Assembly (NCBI GenBank): GCA_034670305.1
Contig: JAXMNT010000020.1
Coordinates: forward strand, 16,188 to 80,187
From: Deltaproteobacteria bacterium
GTDB lineage: Bacteria; Myxococcota_A; Polyangia; Polyangiales; Houyiibacteriaceae
Length of the DNA stretch: 64,000 nucleotides
Direction: 5' to 3'
Shown: piece after piece, positions 30,395 through 40,894 of the stretch
Position numbering within the stretch: position 1 is the first letter of the stretch
Layout of the letters: each line of letters starts with the position of its first letter
Position numbers and translations under genes: made by a program
Notes under the pieces: model-generated
What the model was told of the DNA's origin: nothing
Database searches by the model: none
What the model saw: the letters and a program-made list of their open reading frames with translations, nothing else

Positions 30395-31591
30395 CTACCA
30401 GTCGACGGAGTCGCCCGCTTGGTGCGCGCGCCAGAGCGGGCTCTGGGCCCGCAGCCGATTCACCACTTCGATCGTGACCTCGGCGGCGCGATCGATCTCT
30501 GCTTCGGTGGTCGACCGGCCGAGCCCGAATCGGATCGATTGGGACGCGCGCTCCGCGTCCATGCCCATCGCCCGCAGCACGTAGCTCGGTTCGATGCTGG
30601 CGCTCGTACACGCCGCGCCGCTCGAGACAGCGAGCTCCTTCGCGAGCTGCAGCTGCAACCCTTCGCCTTCCACGAACCCGAACGCGACGTTGAGGTTGCC
30701 TGGGTGTCGGCCTGCATCGAGCGCGGGTCCGTTCCGCTGGACCTCCGGGAGCGACTGGAGTGACTTCCACAGCCGGGCCCGCAACACTTGCAGACGGCTG
30801 GACTCGGCTGGGCCCTCGGTGCGCTGCAGCTCCGCCGCCGCGCCGAACCCCACGATGCCCGGCACGTTCAGTGTGCCCGAACGATGGCCGCGTTCGTGCC
30901 CGCCGCCATCCATCTCCGCGATCAGCCGCACCCGCGGTTCGTCGCCGCGCACCCAGAGCGCACCGACGCCCTTGGGGCCGTAAATCTTGTGCGCGTTCAG
31001 GCTGACCAGATCCACCGGCAGAGCCCGGACATCGAAGGGCACATAACCGAGTCCCTGCGCCGCATCGCAATGCATCCAAGCACCCACCCGGTGCGCGATT
31101 GCACCAAGCGTCTCGATCGGCTGCACGGTGCCGACTTCGTTGTTGGTCAACATGACGCTGACCAGCGCCGTGCGTTCATCGACGACGGCCTCGAGCGCCG
31201 CGGGATCCACCCGCCCCTCGCCGTCGACCGGAAGCCGCGTCACCCGAATGCCTTCGCGCTCGAGCCGGGTCGCCGAGTCCAGCACCGCCTTGTGTTCGGT
31301 CGCCTGCACGACCAAGTGGTCGCGCCCAGATGATCGTCGGTGGTGCAGCACGCCCTTGAGCGCGAGGTTGTCGCTCTCGGTCGCCCCCGAGGTGATCACG
31401 ATCTCACTGGCGCGCCCGTTCACGAGCGCCGCGATCTGCGCCCGCCCCGTCGCCACCGCCTCCGACGCCCGGTGCCCAAACGCGTGACCGCGACTCGCCG
31501 CGTTCCCGAACACCTCGGAGAAATACGGAAGCATGATCTCCAGCACGCGCGGATCGACCGGCGTGGTCGCATGGTGGTCGAGGTAGATCAT
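30395..31591 (-). CDS. iscS: IscS-type cysteine desulfurase
   Basis: IYLDHHATTP, NNEVGTVQP, AHKIYGPKG, RSGTLNV, SSGAACTS. Confidence 0.92.
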   Translation of the reverse strand: MIYLDHHATTPVDPRVLEIMLPYFSEVFGNAASRGHAFGHRASEAVATGRAQIAALVNGRASEIVITSGATESDNLALKGVLHHRRSSGRDHLVVQATEHKAVLDSATRLEREGIRVTRLPVDGEGRVDPAALEAVVDERTALVSVMLTNNEVGTVQPIETLGAIAHRVGAWMHCDAAQGLGYVPFDVRALPVDLVSLNAHKIYGPKGVGALWVRGDEPRVRLIAEMDGGGHERGHRSGTLNVPGIVGFGAAAELQRTEGPAESSRLQVLRARLWKSLQSLPEVQRNGPALDAGRHPGNLNVAFGFVEGEGLQLQLAKELAVSSGAACTSASIEPSYVLRAMGMDAERASQSIRFGLGRSTTEAEIDRAAEVTIEVVNRLRAQSPLWRAHQAGDSVDW

Positions 31592-31755
31592 CGGGGCACC
31601 CTCACCTTGGCGCCGCGCGGCCGCAAGCGCCACGGACAACAGGCATCGGCCTGAACTCGGCTTCGACTTCCGCGGTTCGATGGTGAGCCCCTGCTCGCTG
31701 TTCTCGTCGCCCGGGTCGAAGTCGACTCGACCCCGTTCGAGTCGGGCGCCGCGAC

Positions 31756-32271
31756 TTGCCACTTCCGGCGGACCGTCCATCTTGGGACGTGGCCGATTAT
31801 CTCACGGGCTATCCGGAGGCGCTTCGCGAGCGCGCCCGCGCACTGAAGGCGAGCGGTCAGCTCGAAGAGCACATCCTGAGGCACTACCCGGGGCGACACT
31901 CGATCTCCAACAGCACCGCCCTGTACAAGTTCGCACAGGAGCTCAAACGTGCGTACCTCCGCTCGTCCCCCCCGCTGGCGAAGGTCTGCTACGACGACAA
32001 GATCAGCACGCTTCATCGAGCGCTGGGCCTTCACACCTACGCCGTGCGGGTACAGGGCGCCAAGCTCAAATCGCGCAACGAGATCCGAGTCGCGAGTCTG
32101 TTCAAAGGGCTCGCGCCCGAGTTTCTGCGCATGGTCGTCGTTCACGAGTTGGCCCATCTGCGCCACAAAGCACACGACAAAGCTTTCTATGGGTTGTGCA
32201 AGCACATGGAGCCCGAGTACGCCCGCTACGAGATGGACTTGAGGCTGCTTCTGTACGCTCGCGAAGCGTAG
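31756..32271 (+). CDS. YgjP-like (DUF45/M48-like) metal-dependent hydrolase
   Basis: VVHELAHL and HDKAFY; start may be the GTG at 31789. Confidence 0.82.
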   Translation: MPLPADRPSWDVADYLTGYPEALRERARALKASGQLEEHILRHYPGRHSISNSTALYKFAQELKRAYLRSSPPLAKVCYDDKISTLHRALGLHTYAVRVQGAKLKSRNEIRVASLFKGLAPEFLRMVVVHELAHLRHKAHDKAFYGLCKHMEPEYARYEMDLRLLLYAREA

Positions 32272-32395
32272 AGACCTGCAGCCCGATCTCGATCTGATCT
32301 CCGAACGCCGAGACCAGTTCGGCCACGACACCTTGTCTGGGGATCCAGCTCTCGGGTGCTGAACGCATCGCGCGCTCTCGCAGCGTCGGCTGACC

Positions 32396-33016
32396 CTAGC
32401 GCCGCACGCAGTCTCCGGTGAACGTTCGGCGCGTCCCGCCCTCCACCATCTCGAAGTCGGTCACTTGGAGATCGCTCAAGTCGCGTGGCCCGATCAATTC
32501 GTCTGCACCCGCGTGGGCGGTGAGCGCGATCTGTCCGGCGTCCGCGAGGATCATGCCGTAGCGCTGGAGCCCGCGGGCGACCGTCCGCGCCGCGTCGTTC
32601 GGAAGCGACTCGAGCGGGTAGTCTGCGCGCAGCCGAAGCCGCGCGCCGTATGGGGGCGCCTCCGCGTCGCCGCCGGTCGCACCGGTACTGTGGGTGGCGG
32701 GCGCGACGTAGACGCGGTTTCGGATGCGCGCGTTCGGGAGAATGAAGCGGATGGCGTGGGCGATCTCGCCGGCCTCCAGCTCTTCCCGGGTGAAGAGCAG
32801 GGGCGTGATCGGCAGACCGGCCGCGTCGGCGCTCGTGCAGTCGACGCCGCGGCCCTCGTCGCCGTAGTCGCGGCTCAGATCCCACACCGCGAGGCAGCCG
32901 CCGCGGAACGTGTCGCGAATGTCCGCGCGCCACATCTCGTACAAGCGCTCGGCGGGACCATCGGCGTCGGCCTCTGCATCGGCTTCGGCCTCGGCATCCG
33001 TTTTGGCTTCCACCAC
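32396..33016 (-). pseudogene. Probably 5'-truncated conserved hypothetical protein
   Basis: Conserved-looking SADAAGLPI...HAIRF...PYGARLRL...LQRYGMILAD preceded only by an Ala/Glu/Asp microsatellite. Confidence 0.45.
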
Positions 33017-33054
33017 ATCGGGACGTGCCCGGCTGGGTTTGTTAGCGTGCGGGC

Positions 33055-33654
33055 ATGAGTCGCAGTTCGGATGGGTGGCGTGTGAATCGATGGGCCTTCC
33101 TCGTGTGCCTCGCAGGCATCGGGATCACGGGGTGCACGGGCCCCGCCGACTCGGACAGCGCCGAGGACCCGAACGAAGGCGGCAGCGAAGCGGAGCTCGA
33201 GGGACCGAGCCGCGCAGACCGAGAGACCGAGTTCAACGTGGACCCGCCCCCCTCGAACGAGGATCCGAGCGAACCGCGACTCGAACTCTCTCGCAGCGAC
33301 GATCCCTGGGGCAACGACGGCCAGGGCGAATGGGTGCGCGCCACCGCACCGATGCGCTTCGATGTGCGTCAGGCCGACGGCTGGCCCGGCCGGGCGCTCG
33401 ACCCGGTGCTCCACGTCGGGGACCTGCGCCTGACCAAGTACGACTTCATCGGCATCGACGTGCTTCGGTTCGTGCTCGCGGACGTGGCGGTGGTCCCGTC
33501 GGGTGCGCCGGTCGCGCTGCAATGGGGCGACGACGCGACCACGCGCGTGGAACTGTCCGACGCGATGACGGTGCCGCAAGCCCCGCCCGAACCGGACCCC
33601 GTCGCGCCCACCGCCCCGGTCCGCAACCAAACCACCGGGACCATGGCGCCATGA
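33055..33654 (+). CDS. Hypothetical lipoprotein
   Basis: TAGCGT-N6-ATG start; lipobox ITGC. Confidence 0.65.
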   Translation: MSRSSDGWRVNRWAFLVCLAGIGITGCTGPADSDSAEDPNEGGSEAELEGPSRADRETEFNVDPPPSNEDPSEPRLELSRSDDPWGNDGQGEWVRATAPMRFDVRQADGWPGRALDPVLHVGDLRLTKYDFIGIDVLRFVLADVAVVPSGAPVALQWGDDATTRVELSDAMTVPQAPPEPDPVAPTAPVRNQTTGTMAP

Positions 33655-36218
33655 GCCGGTTCACGCTCTGCGTCGCGATGGCGTCGTGTCTTGGGCTCAT
33701 CGCATGCGGCGACGACGACACCCCGCCCATCGAATGTGGCGAGACCGACCTGCCGGTGATCGCCTGCGAAGACGTCGAGCTCGGGTGCATCGACGAAGCT
33801 GGCGTCCCGGTCCCGCCCCTGTCCGCGATGGCGAACGCCTGTGGAGGGGGCGCGGTCGAGGTCACCTGCTCGACCGAGGCGGAGACCATCCTGCCCGGCA
33901 CCACCGAGGCCACCTGCGTCGCGCGCAACACCGCGGGCGAAGCACGCTGCACCATGGAGATTCGCGCCAGCGCGCCTGGTCGCCTGGCGTGCAGCGACAC
34001 GATCCGGACGGCGTGTGCAGCGGAGACGACTTCGGTCGACGTGCCCGCCCCGGTCGTCGACGAAGCGTGCACCGACCTCGGTGGCGACTTGGTCAGCGAC
34101 GCACCCGCCGCGTTCCCGGTCGGCACCACCACCGTGACCTTCTCCGCACCGGCCGGACCGAGCTGCAGCGTGGAGGTCGTGGTCGCGGACGACGCCCCGC
34201 CGGTGCTCACCTGTCCGGCAGACGCCACGCTCGTGGCGACCGCCCCCGACACCGACCTCCCCCTCCCCGCCGCAAGCGCCACCGATGGGTGCGACCCGGC
34301 GCCGTCGGTCACGCACGACTTCGAAGGCGCGGTCATCGAGCGCGGCGTCACCGAAGTCACGTACACCGCCACCGACGCCAGCGGTCACGCGACCTCGTGC
34401 AGCAGCACGTTCGAACGCCGCGACGCCTACAGCCCGTTCCTTCGGCTGCTGAGCGCGACCTGGAACGTGGCGGCCGAGAGCACCGACCTGACCATCGGCT
34501 GGGACACGCCGAACAGCGGGGCCGGTGGCGACACGAGCGGTTACGCGATCGAGCGGGGCGCGTCGGCCGATGGACCCTGGAGCCGCCTCGCAGAGGTCGG
34601 TCGACGGGTGCGCACCTACCTCGATGCCGACGTGACGATCGCACACCCGCACTACCGGGTGGTCGCACTCGCCGACGAACTCGACGGCGGGCCCAGCAAC
34701 GTGGTGCAGGCCCACCGCATCGAAGGGGACACCTACGATGTGCGCGACCAGACCGTGCCCACGATCCCGTTCGCCACCACGCTCTACGGCGCCGTGCGTT
34801 ACCCGGCGGACCTCGGCGCGGGGCCCTACCCGCTCGTCGTCCTGATGCATGGCAACCATGGTATCTGCCGGCGCACGCCCACCGACGATCGCGACGCCTG
34901 CGCCGACTCGCGGGACCACGAGTGTCCTCAGCCCGGCTGGTTCACCACCCCCAACGCCGAAGGGCTCGCCTACCTCGCCGAGACCGTCGCCGCGATGGGC
35001 TACGTCGCGGTCTCGATCAGCGGCAACGCCGTCAACTGCCGGGACACCTGGATCGGGGAACGTGCGCAGCTCATCCGCAGCCACCTCGACCGCTGGCGCC
35101 GGTACGCCAGCTCGGGCGCAGCGCCGTTCTCGACCCGGTTCGCGGGCGCGGTGGATCTCTCGCGGGTGGCGCTCTTCGGCCACTCGCGGGGCGGCGAAGC
35201 GGTCGCGACCGTGCCCTCCGTGCTGCGCAGCACACCCGTCGCCGGCGTGTCGCTCGCCTCGGTGTTCTCGCTCGCACCGACCGACTACGACATGCCCACC
35301 CCGACCGACGTGCCCTACGCCGTGCTGCTTCCGGGCTGCGATGGAGACGTTCGGTTTCTTGTCGGCACCGACATCTACGACCGGGTCGTCGCGGCCGACC
35401 ACCCCGGGCCGCACGCCCAGCTTCTGTTCGTCGGCGCCAACCACAACTTCTTCAGCACCGAGTGGCGCATCGACGACAACGACGGCTCGGCCTGCGATCC
35501 TTCGCTCGAAGTCGGCGCGCCGGCACAACGCGGCGCGCTCGAGGGCGTCTTCGGCAGCTGGCTCGCCACCACCGTTCCGTCCGGCGGCACATCGATCGCG
35601 GCCGAGCCGTTCATGCGCAACGAGAACGACCCACCCGAGAGCATCGCGACCTGGGCCGGCACCGAGCTCGACTGGCGGTGGTCCTTCGTTGCAGACCGGC
35701 AACGCATCGACGAGTTCGAAGGCGCCGGCACGCCGGACCGCAACCTGCTCGGGGGCGCGAACACCTTCGAAGGGTTCGACGAAGCGAGCCGCTGCTACGA
35801 CAACGCCTGCGGGACGCGTTACCCGCACGAGAAGGGTGCAATGCACCTCGACTGGTCGACCGGCCGCCCGATCGCGTCCTTCGAACTCGGCGGGCTCGAC
35901 ACCACCGGCCGCGACTATGTGTCGATGCGCGTCGTCTCCCGCCGCTCGGGGCTCAACGCCGGACTCGACGAACAACGGTTCCTCGTCCGGCTCGTCGACA
36001 GCGCTGGTGGACGCGCCCAGGTCCGGTCCCAGTCGTGGGCGTACCTCCCACACCTCTTCCCGGCCCGCGACCCGCTCGAGATCTTCCAGACCCTCCGCAT
36101 CCCCACCGCGGCTTTCGACGTCGACCTGGCCTCGGTGGACCGGCTCGAAGTCGAGATGGGCGTCGGCGGGTTCACCGAAGGTTCCCTCCTGGTCAGCGAC
36201 CTGGCGCTGTCGGACTGA
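33651..36218 (+). CDS. Lipoprotein with HYR/Ig-like repeats and an alpha/beta-hydrolase domain
   Basis: ATGA overlap; lipobox LIAC; FPVGTTTVTF and VTYTATDASG (HYR); MHGNH, GHSRGG, DGDV, GANHNFF. Confidence 0.8.
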   Translation: MSRFTLCVAMASCLGLIACGDDDTPPIECGETDLPVIACEDVELGCIDEAGVPVPPLSAMANACGGGAVEVTCSTEAETILPGTTEATCVARNTAGEARCTMEIRASAPGRLACSDTIRTACAAETTSVDVPAPVVDEACTDLGGDLVSDAPAAFPVGTTTVTFSAPAGPSCSVEVVVADDAPPVLTCPADATLVATAPDTDLPLPAASATDGCDPAPSVTHDFEGAVIERGVTEVTYTATDASGHATSCSSTFERRDAYSPFLRLLSATWNVAAESTDLTIGWDTPNSGAGGDTSGYAIERGASADGPWSRLAEVGRRVRTYLDADVTIAHPHYRVVALADELDGGPSNVVQAHRIEGDTYDVRDQTVPTIPFATTLYGAVRYPADLGAGPYPLVVLMHGNHGICRRTPTDDRDACADSRDHECPQPGWFTTPNAEGLAYLAETVAAMGYVAVSISGNAVNCRDTWIGERAQLIRSHLDRWRRYASSGAAPFSTRFAGAVDLSRVALFGHSRGGEAVATVPSVLRSTPVAGVSLASVFSLAPTDYDMPTPTDVPYAVLLPGCDGDVRFLVGTDIYDRVVAADHPGPHAQLLFVGANHNFFSTEWRIDDNDGSACDPSLEVGAPAQRGALEGVFGSWLATTVPSGGTSIAAEPFMRNENDPPESIATWAGTELDWRWSFVADRQRIDEFEGAGTPDRNLLGGANTFEGFDEASRCYDNACGTRYPHEKGAMHLDWSTGRPIASFELGGLDTTGRDYVSMRVVSRRSGLNAGLDEQRFLVRLVDSAGGRAQVRSQSWAYLPHLFPARDPLEIFQTLRIPTAAFDVDLASVDRLEVEMGVGGFTEGSLLVSDLALSD

Positions 36219-36322
36219 AGACACCGTCTGCGCTAGCGTTGCCCTGCCCCGTCTCTCCCTCCCAAGACGGGCCTGAGTTCACTGGGGTGGACGTCGCAGC
36301 CCGGGGGCTTTACACCCTGGGT

Positions 36323-36691
36323 ATGCCCGCGTTCGAGATCTCGACTGAAGCTCCCGTCATCACCATCACGCCGCGCGCCGTCGAGATGGGCAAGCGGCAG
36401 CTCCAGGAAGCGGCGGGCAAAGCGGAAGAGGAGATCCTCGGCCTTCGGCTCGGCGTCAAAGGCGGCGGTTGCTCCGGCTATTACTACGTGTTCGAGCCCG
36501 CCACGAAGCAGGGCAAACGCGATCTCGTCTGGGATTACGATGGGCTCGTGGTCTTCGTGGACAACCGAAGCCTGAAGTTCCTGGAAGGCGCCACGCTCGA
36601 CTGGGAGCAGAAGCTGCTCGGGTACGGGTTCAAGTGGGAGAACCCGCTGGCCAAGGGCGACTGCGGCTGCGGCATGAGCTTCAACGCGTAA
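36323..36691 (+). CDS. iscA: A-type Fe-S carrier (IscA/HesB)
   Basis: LRLGVKGGGCSG and NPLAKGDCGCGMSF. Confidence 0.93.
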   Translation: MPAFEISTEAPVITITPRAVEMGKRQLQEAAGKAEEEILGLRLGVKGGGCSGYYYVFEPATKQGKRDLVWDYDGLVVFVDNRSLKFLEGATLDWEQKLLGYGFKWENPLAKGDCGCGMSFNA

Positions 36692-36800
36692 CCTGCGGGC
36701 CATGTCGGAGGCCCGGGACGTCTTTGGCTTCTGTGGGCCCAGCCGTGCGTCGTCGAACGCCTAGAGTTCCGAAGCCACTCCGCGCTACAGTGCCCCGCTG

Positions 36801-39800
36801 ATGGCGGATCCCGAACAGCCAGACGAGACCAAGCTCGAGCGGACGAAGCCGTCGAGCATCGACCGGGCGAAACGGAGCGAAGCGGAGCGGGCGGTACCCG
36901 AGGAGGAAGCGGGCCCCGACGCGACTGTCGATCAGCCGCGCATCCCTCCGGGCAAGCAGCAACCCGGCATGCTCGTCTCCGAGCGGGTCCGGCTCGACCG
37001 GCCACTCGGCAGCGGCGGCATGGCCGACGTGTGGGTGGCCGAACATCTGACCCTGGGCACTTCGGTCGCGGTGAAGTTCTTGCGCGCGACCCACGACGAG
37101 TCGTTGCGCGACCGGTTCACCCGGGAAGCGCAACTCGCCGCCCGCATCGATCACCCCCACGCAGTGCGGGTCTTCGACCACGGCGTCACGAGCGACGGCA
37201 CGCCGTACATGGTGATGGAGTACGTCGAAGGCGAGTCGCTCGCCCAGCGGATCCGACGCATGGGCGCGCTGCCGCCCGCCGAGGTCGGCCGACTCGTCGA
37301 CCAGGTCGGCCAAGTCCTTCGCGACGCGCACGAGCGCGGCATCATCCACCGCGACATCAAACCCCACAACATCATGGTGCTCGAGCGCGAGCCGCTCTAC
37401 TGCAAGGTGCTCGACTTCGGGCTCGCGAAGACGCTCACCGAAGATGAGACGCTGACGCAGGCGGGCTGGGTACTCGGCACGCCCGCGTACATGGCGCCCG
37501 AACAGCTGGTCGACGCCAAACCACCCACGAAGAAGAGCGATGCGTGGGGGCTGAGCATCGTTGCGTACGAAGCACTGGTTGGACACCGTCCGTTCCGCGG
37601 ACACCACCAGGCGGCCCTCGGCCTCGGCATGCTCGTCCAGCGTTTCGATCCGGTCAGCCAGGCCCGCCCCGGGCTGCCAGAGGCACTCGACGAGTGGTTC
37701 CTCAAAGCGCTGGCCGTGGATCCCGACCACCGCTTCCCGACCGTCGAAGCGCTCACCCGCACGTTCCTGGCCGCGCTCGAAGACGCGAGCGACCAACCCC
37801 GTTCCCGGCTCGGCGCGGATGGCCGGATCCGGATCCCGAACCGGCTCTACGGCCGGGCCACCGAGATCCAGACCGTCTCGGATGCCTACGCTCGGGTGGC
37901 CGCGGGCGAATCGAGGCTCGTGCTCTTCGAAGGGTACGCGGGGGTCGGCAAGACCGCGTTGGCCGAAGAAGCCCGCCGCCTCTGCGCCGCCCAGGGCGCG
38001 ATTTTCGTCGACGGAAAGTTCGATCAGTTCAACCGCGGCGCCCCGTACGAGAGCTTGCTGCAGGCGCTTGGCAAACTGGTCCGTTACATCGGCACCCAGA
38101 GCCACAGTTCGCTGGAAGGGTGGCAGGCGCGTCTGCGCGAGGCGCTCGGCGAGGTCGGCCATGTGCTGACCGATCTGATCCCGGAGCTCGAAGACATCAT
38201 CGGACGGCAGAGCGAACTGCTCGAGACCTCGCCGGCCGAAGCACGCAACCGCTTCCAGAATGCGGTCGCCCGGTTGATGCGCGGGGTCGCGACCGCGGAA
38301 CGCCCGTTGGTCCTCTTCATGGACGACCTCCAGTGGGCCGACCTGCCCACGATCGATCTTCTGGGAAGCCTCGCGCTCAGTCCCGACGAACATCCGCACG
38401 TGCTGGTGCTGGGCGCGTACCGCAGCAACGAGGTCAAAGAAGGGCACCCGCTCGACAGCTGCATCGCGGGGTTGCGCCAGGCCGACGCCGCCCTGGACGA
38501 AGTGTCGCTCGGTCCGCTCGGGGAAGATGCCGTGCTCGAGCTGCTGACGGACGCGCTCGGAAGCGTGCCAGGCCGGGTTCGACTCGCGGTCCTCTGCCAC
38601 GAGAAGACCCAGGGCAATCCGTTCTTCCTCAAGCGGTTCCTCGAAGCCCTCCACGAAGAGCGGCTGCTCGAGTTCGACGAGTCGCGCGACGCCTGGACCT
38701 GGCAACAGAGCAGGATCCACTCACGGCCGGTCGGAGAAGACGTCGTCGCGTTCATCGCGGCCGAGATGGGCCGACTGCCTGAGTCGGCGCGCGAGGCACT
38801 GGCGCTGGCCGCGTGCATCGGGGGTCAGTTCGATCTGGGCACACTCTCGCATCTGATGAAGATCGATCGCCGACGCACCCTCGAGTGCCTGCGGCCCGTG
38901 CTGGCCGCGGACTTCATTCTTCCAGCGTCCGACGAAGTCTTCTCCGCGACCGAAGACGTCGGCCCACGGCGGGTCGCGTTCCGATTCGCACACGACCGCA
39001 TCCAGCAGGCGGCGCACTCACTCTTCTCCACCGACCGCGCGGCGGAAGTGCATCTCGCCGTGGCCCATTTCCTCCTCGAGCACCTCGACGAGAGCGAACG
39101 GGAAGCGCGGCTCTTCGAGCTCGTCGAGCACCTCAACCAGAGCGCCGACATCCGGCCCGCCCTCGTCGGCGACACGCCGCAGCTCCGCTCGCTCAACCTC
39201 ACCGCCGCCCGTCGGGCGACCCGGTCGGCCGCGTTCGAGCCCGCGGGTGCGTACTACGAGAAGGCGCGCGCGCTCGTCGACAGCGAGCACTGGGAGAGCG
39301 ACTACGAACAAGCGCTGGCGATTCACGTCGAAGGCGCGCGCGCGGCGTACTTCAACGGCGACCGCGAGCGCATGAACGAGCTCGTCGACGCCGCCGTGGC
39401 CCACGCGCGCACCACGCTCGATGCGGTCGAAGCGCGCGAGGTGAAGATCCACGCGCTGATCGCAGAACAACGGTTCGACGAGGCGGTCTCACTCGCGCTC
39501 GAGGTGCTCGGGCAGCTGGGCATCGACCTTCCGAGAACGCCAGGGCCGGACGACGTCGGGGCGGTGGTGGGCGCGACGATCGGCGCGCTGCAGGCCACCT
39601 CCGCCGAGAAGATCAGTGCGCTGCCAGACGCGTCCGACCCGACCGTCGTCGCCGCCCAGCGCATCAAGCAGGGCGTCATGTCTGCGGCGTACCTGACCGC
39701 CCCGAATCTCCTGCCGCTCCTCACCTGCGACATCGTGCAGTCGACCCTCCGCGACGGGGTGGCGCGGCAGTCCGCGTACGGCTTCGCGGTCTTCGGCATG

Positions 39801-40841
39801 GTCATGAACGCGGCCGGGCTGATCGACGTCTCCTACGAGAACGGGAAGATCGCCATGGCACTGCTGGAACGCAGCCCCGATCGGTCGATGATGGCGAAGA
39901 CCCAGCACATCGTGCGGGCGCACCTGAACCCCTTCGTCGAACCAATCACCGAGGTCGTGGAACACGAGCGGGCGGTGTTTCAGCTCGGCATGGACACCGG
40001 CGACCTCGAGTACGCGGCCTGGGCACTGCACAACATCGTTGCGTACGGGTTCTACTCGGGCATGCCGCTCGAGGAGTTGCGGCAGGTGGACGAGCGGAGC
40101 CGCACGATCCTCGAGCGCCACAAACAACTTCCGGCGCTCGCCTGCACCAAGCCGTACAGCCAGACCATCACGAACCTCGGTGGCGATGGCACCGTCGCGC
40201 AGTCCACCCAGCTGCGCGGTCTGCACTACGACGAGACCGAGCACATGGCCGAGTTGGTCTCGCTCGGCTTCCGAGGCGCGGCCTACATCTTGACGGTCGC
40301 CCGCACCTTCATCCGCTTCGTCTTTCGAGACATCGAGGGGGCGCTTCGGGCCGCCGACTCCGGCGCCGAGTACGCGGATGGTGCGATCGCCACCTACCAC
40401 GCGGTGTGGTGGAACCAGTACCGAGCCTTGTCCGCCCTCGGGACGCTCGAAACCGCCAAAGAAGACGACCTCTTGATCGTCTCGGCGAAGGCCAACCTCG
40501 CAGCGCTCGAGAAGTGGTGCGCCTTCTCTCCGATCAACCACACCCATCGGGTCGCACTGGTGCAGGCCGAACTCGCACGCGCGCTCGGACAAGACACCGA
40601 GGCGGTCGGTCACTACGAGGTCGCCATTCGCCACGCCGCCGAGGCCGGCTTCTTACACGAAGAAGCCCTGGCCAACGAACTCGCGGGACGCTTCTTCGTG
40701 TCTCGAGACAGCCGGACACAGGCGCGCGCGTTCCTGACCGAAGCACTCGACGCGTACGCCGAGTGGGGCGCCGCCGCCAAAGCCGAGCACCTCGAGATCG
40801 AGTTCACCGAAGCACTGCGCCGCCGCCGCCGCGGCAGCTGA
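36801..40841 (+). CDS. Ser/Thr protein kinase fused to an AAA/STAND ATPase and a TPR-like helical region
   Basis: LGSGGMADV, HRDIKPHN, DFG, YMAPE; Walker A GYAGVGKT; Walker B LFMDDLQWAD; GNPFF; FAHDRIQQAA. Confidence 0.92.
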   Translation: MADPEQPDETKLERTKPSSIDRAKRSEAERAVPEEEAGPDATVDQPRIPPGKQQPGMLVSERVRLDRPLGSGGMADVWVAEHLTLGTSVAVKFLRATHDESLRDRFTREAQLAARIDHPHAVRVFDHGVTSDGTPYMVMEYVEGESLAQRIRRMGALPPAEVGRLVDQVGQVLRDAHERGIIHRDIKPHNIMVLEREPLYCKVLDFGLAKTLTEDETLTQAGWVLGTPAYMAPEQLVDAKPPTKKSDAWGLSIVAYEALVGHRPFRGHHQAALGLGMLVQRFDPVSQARPGLPEALDEWFLKALAVDPDHRFPTVEALTRTFLAALEDASDQPRSRLGADGRIRIPNRLYGRATEIQTVSDAYARVAAGESRLVLFEGYAGVGKTALAEEARRLCAAQGAIFVDGKFDQFNRGAPYESLLQALGKLVRYIGTQSHSSLEGWQARLREALGEVGHVLTDLIPELEDIIGRQSELLETSPAEARNRFQNAVARLMRGVATAERPLVLFMDDLQWADLPTIDLLGSLALSPDEHPHVLVLGAYRSNEVKEGHPLDSCIAGLRQADAALDEVSLGPLGEDAVLELLTDALGSVPGRVRLAVLCHEKTQGNPFFLKRFLEALHEERLLEFDESRDAWTWQQSRIHSRPVGEDVVAFIAAEMGRLPESAREALALAACIGGQFDLGTLSHLMKIDRRRTLECLRPVLAADFILPASDEVFSATEDVGPRRVAFRFAHDRIQQAAHSLFSTDRAAEVHLAVAHFLLEHLDESEREARLFELVEHLNQSADIRPALVGDTPQLRSLNLTAARRATRSAAFEPAGAYYEKARALVDSEHWESDYEQALAIHVEGARAAYFNGDRERMNELVDAAVAHARTTLDAVEAREVKIHALIAEQRFDEAVSLALEVLGQLGIDLPRTPGPDDVGAVVGATIGALQATSAEKISALPDASDPTVVAAQRIKQGVMSAAYLTAPNLLPLLTCDIVQSTLRDGVARQSAYGFAVFGMVMNAAGLIDVSYENGKIAMALLERSPDRSMMAKTQHIVRAHLNPFVEPITEVVEHERAVFQLGMDTGDLEYAAWALHNIVAYGFYSGMPLEELRQVDERSRTILERHKQLPALACTKPYSQTITNLGGDGTVAQSTQLRGLHYDETEHMAELVSLGFRGAAYILTVARTFIRFVFRDIEGALRAADSGAEYADGAIATYHAVWWNQYRALSALGTLETAKEDDLLIVSAKANLAALEKWCAFSPINHTHRVALVQAELARALGQDTEAVGHYEVAIRHAAEAGFLHEEALANELAGRFFVSRDSRTQARAFLTEALDAYAEWGAAAKAEHLEIEFTEALRRRRRGS

Positions 40842-40894
40842 AGGTCCGGAACTTCCGGACCCGTGCGGGACGGGTTCGCGGGTACCCTCTGCGG

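Noticed and set aside
38813..40894. 1275-aa ORF suggesting a long N-terminal extension on LOX1
   Set aside because: The upstream part is an off-frame read of the kinase gene; the real start is ATG 40895 (LPQND motif, -10 spacing). The same artefact affects the ORFs at 23493, 32910, 33686, 52946 and 58096
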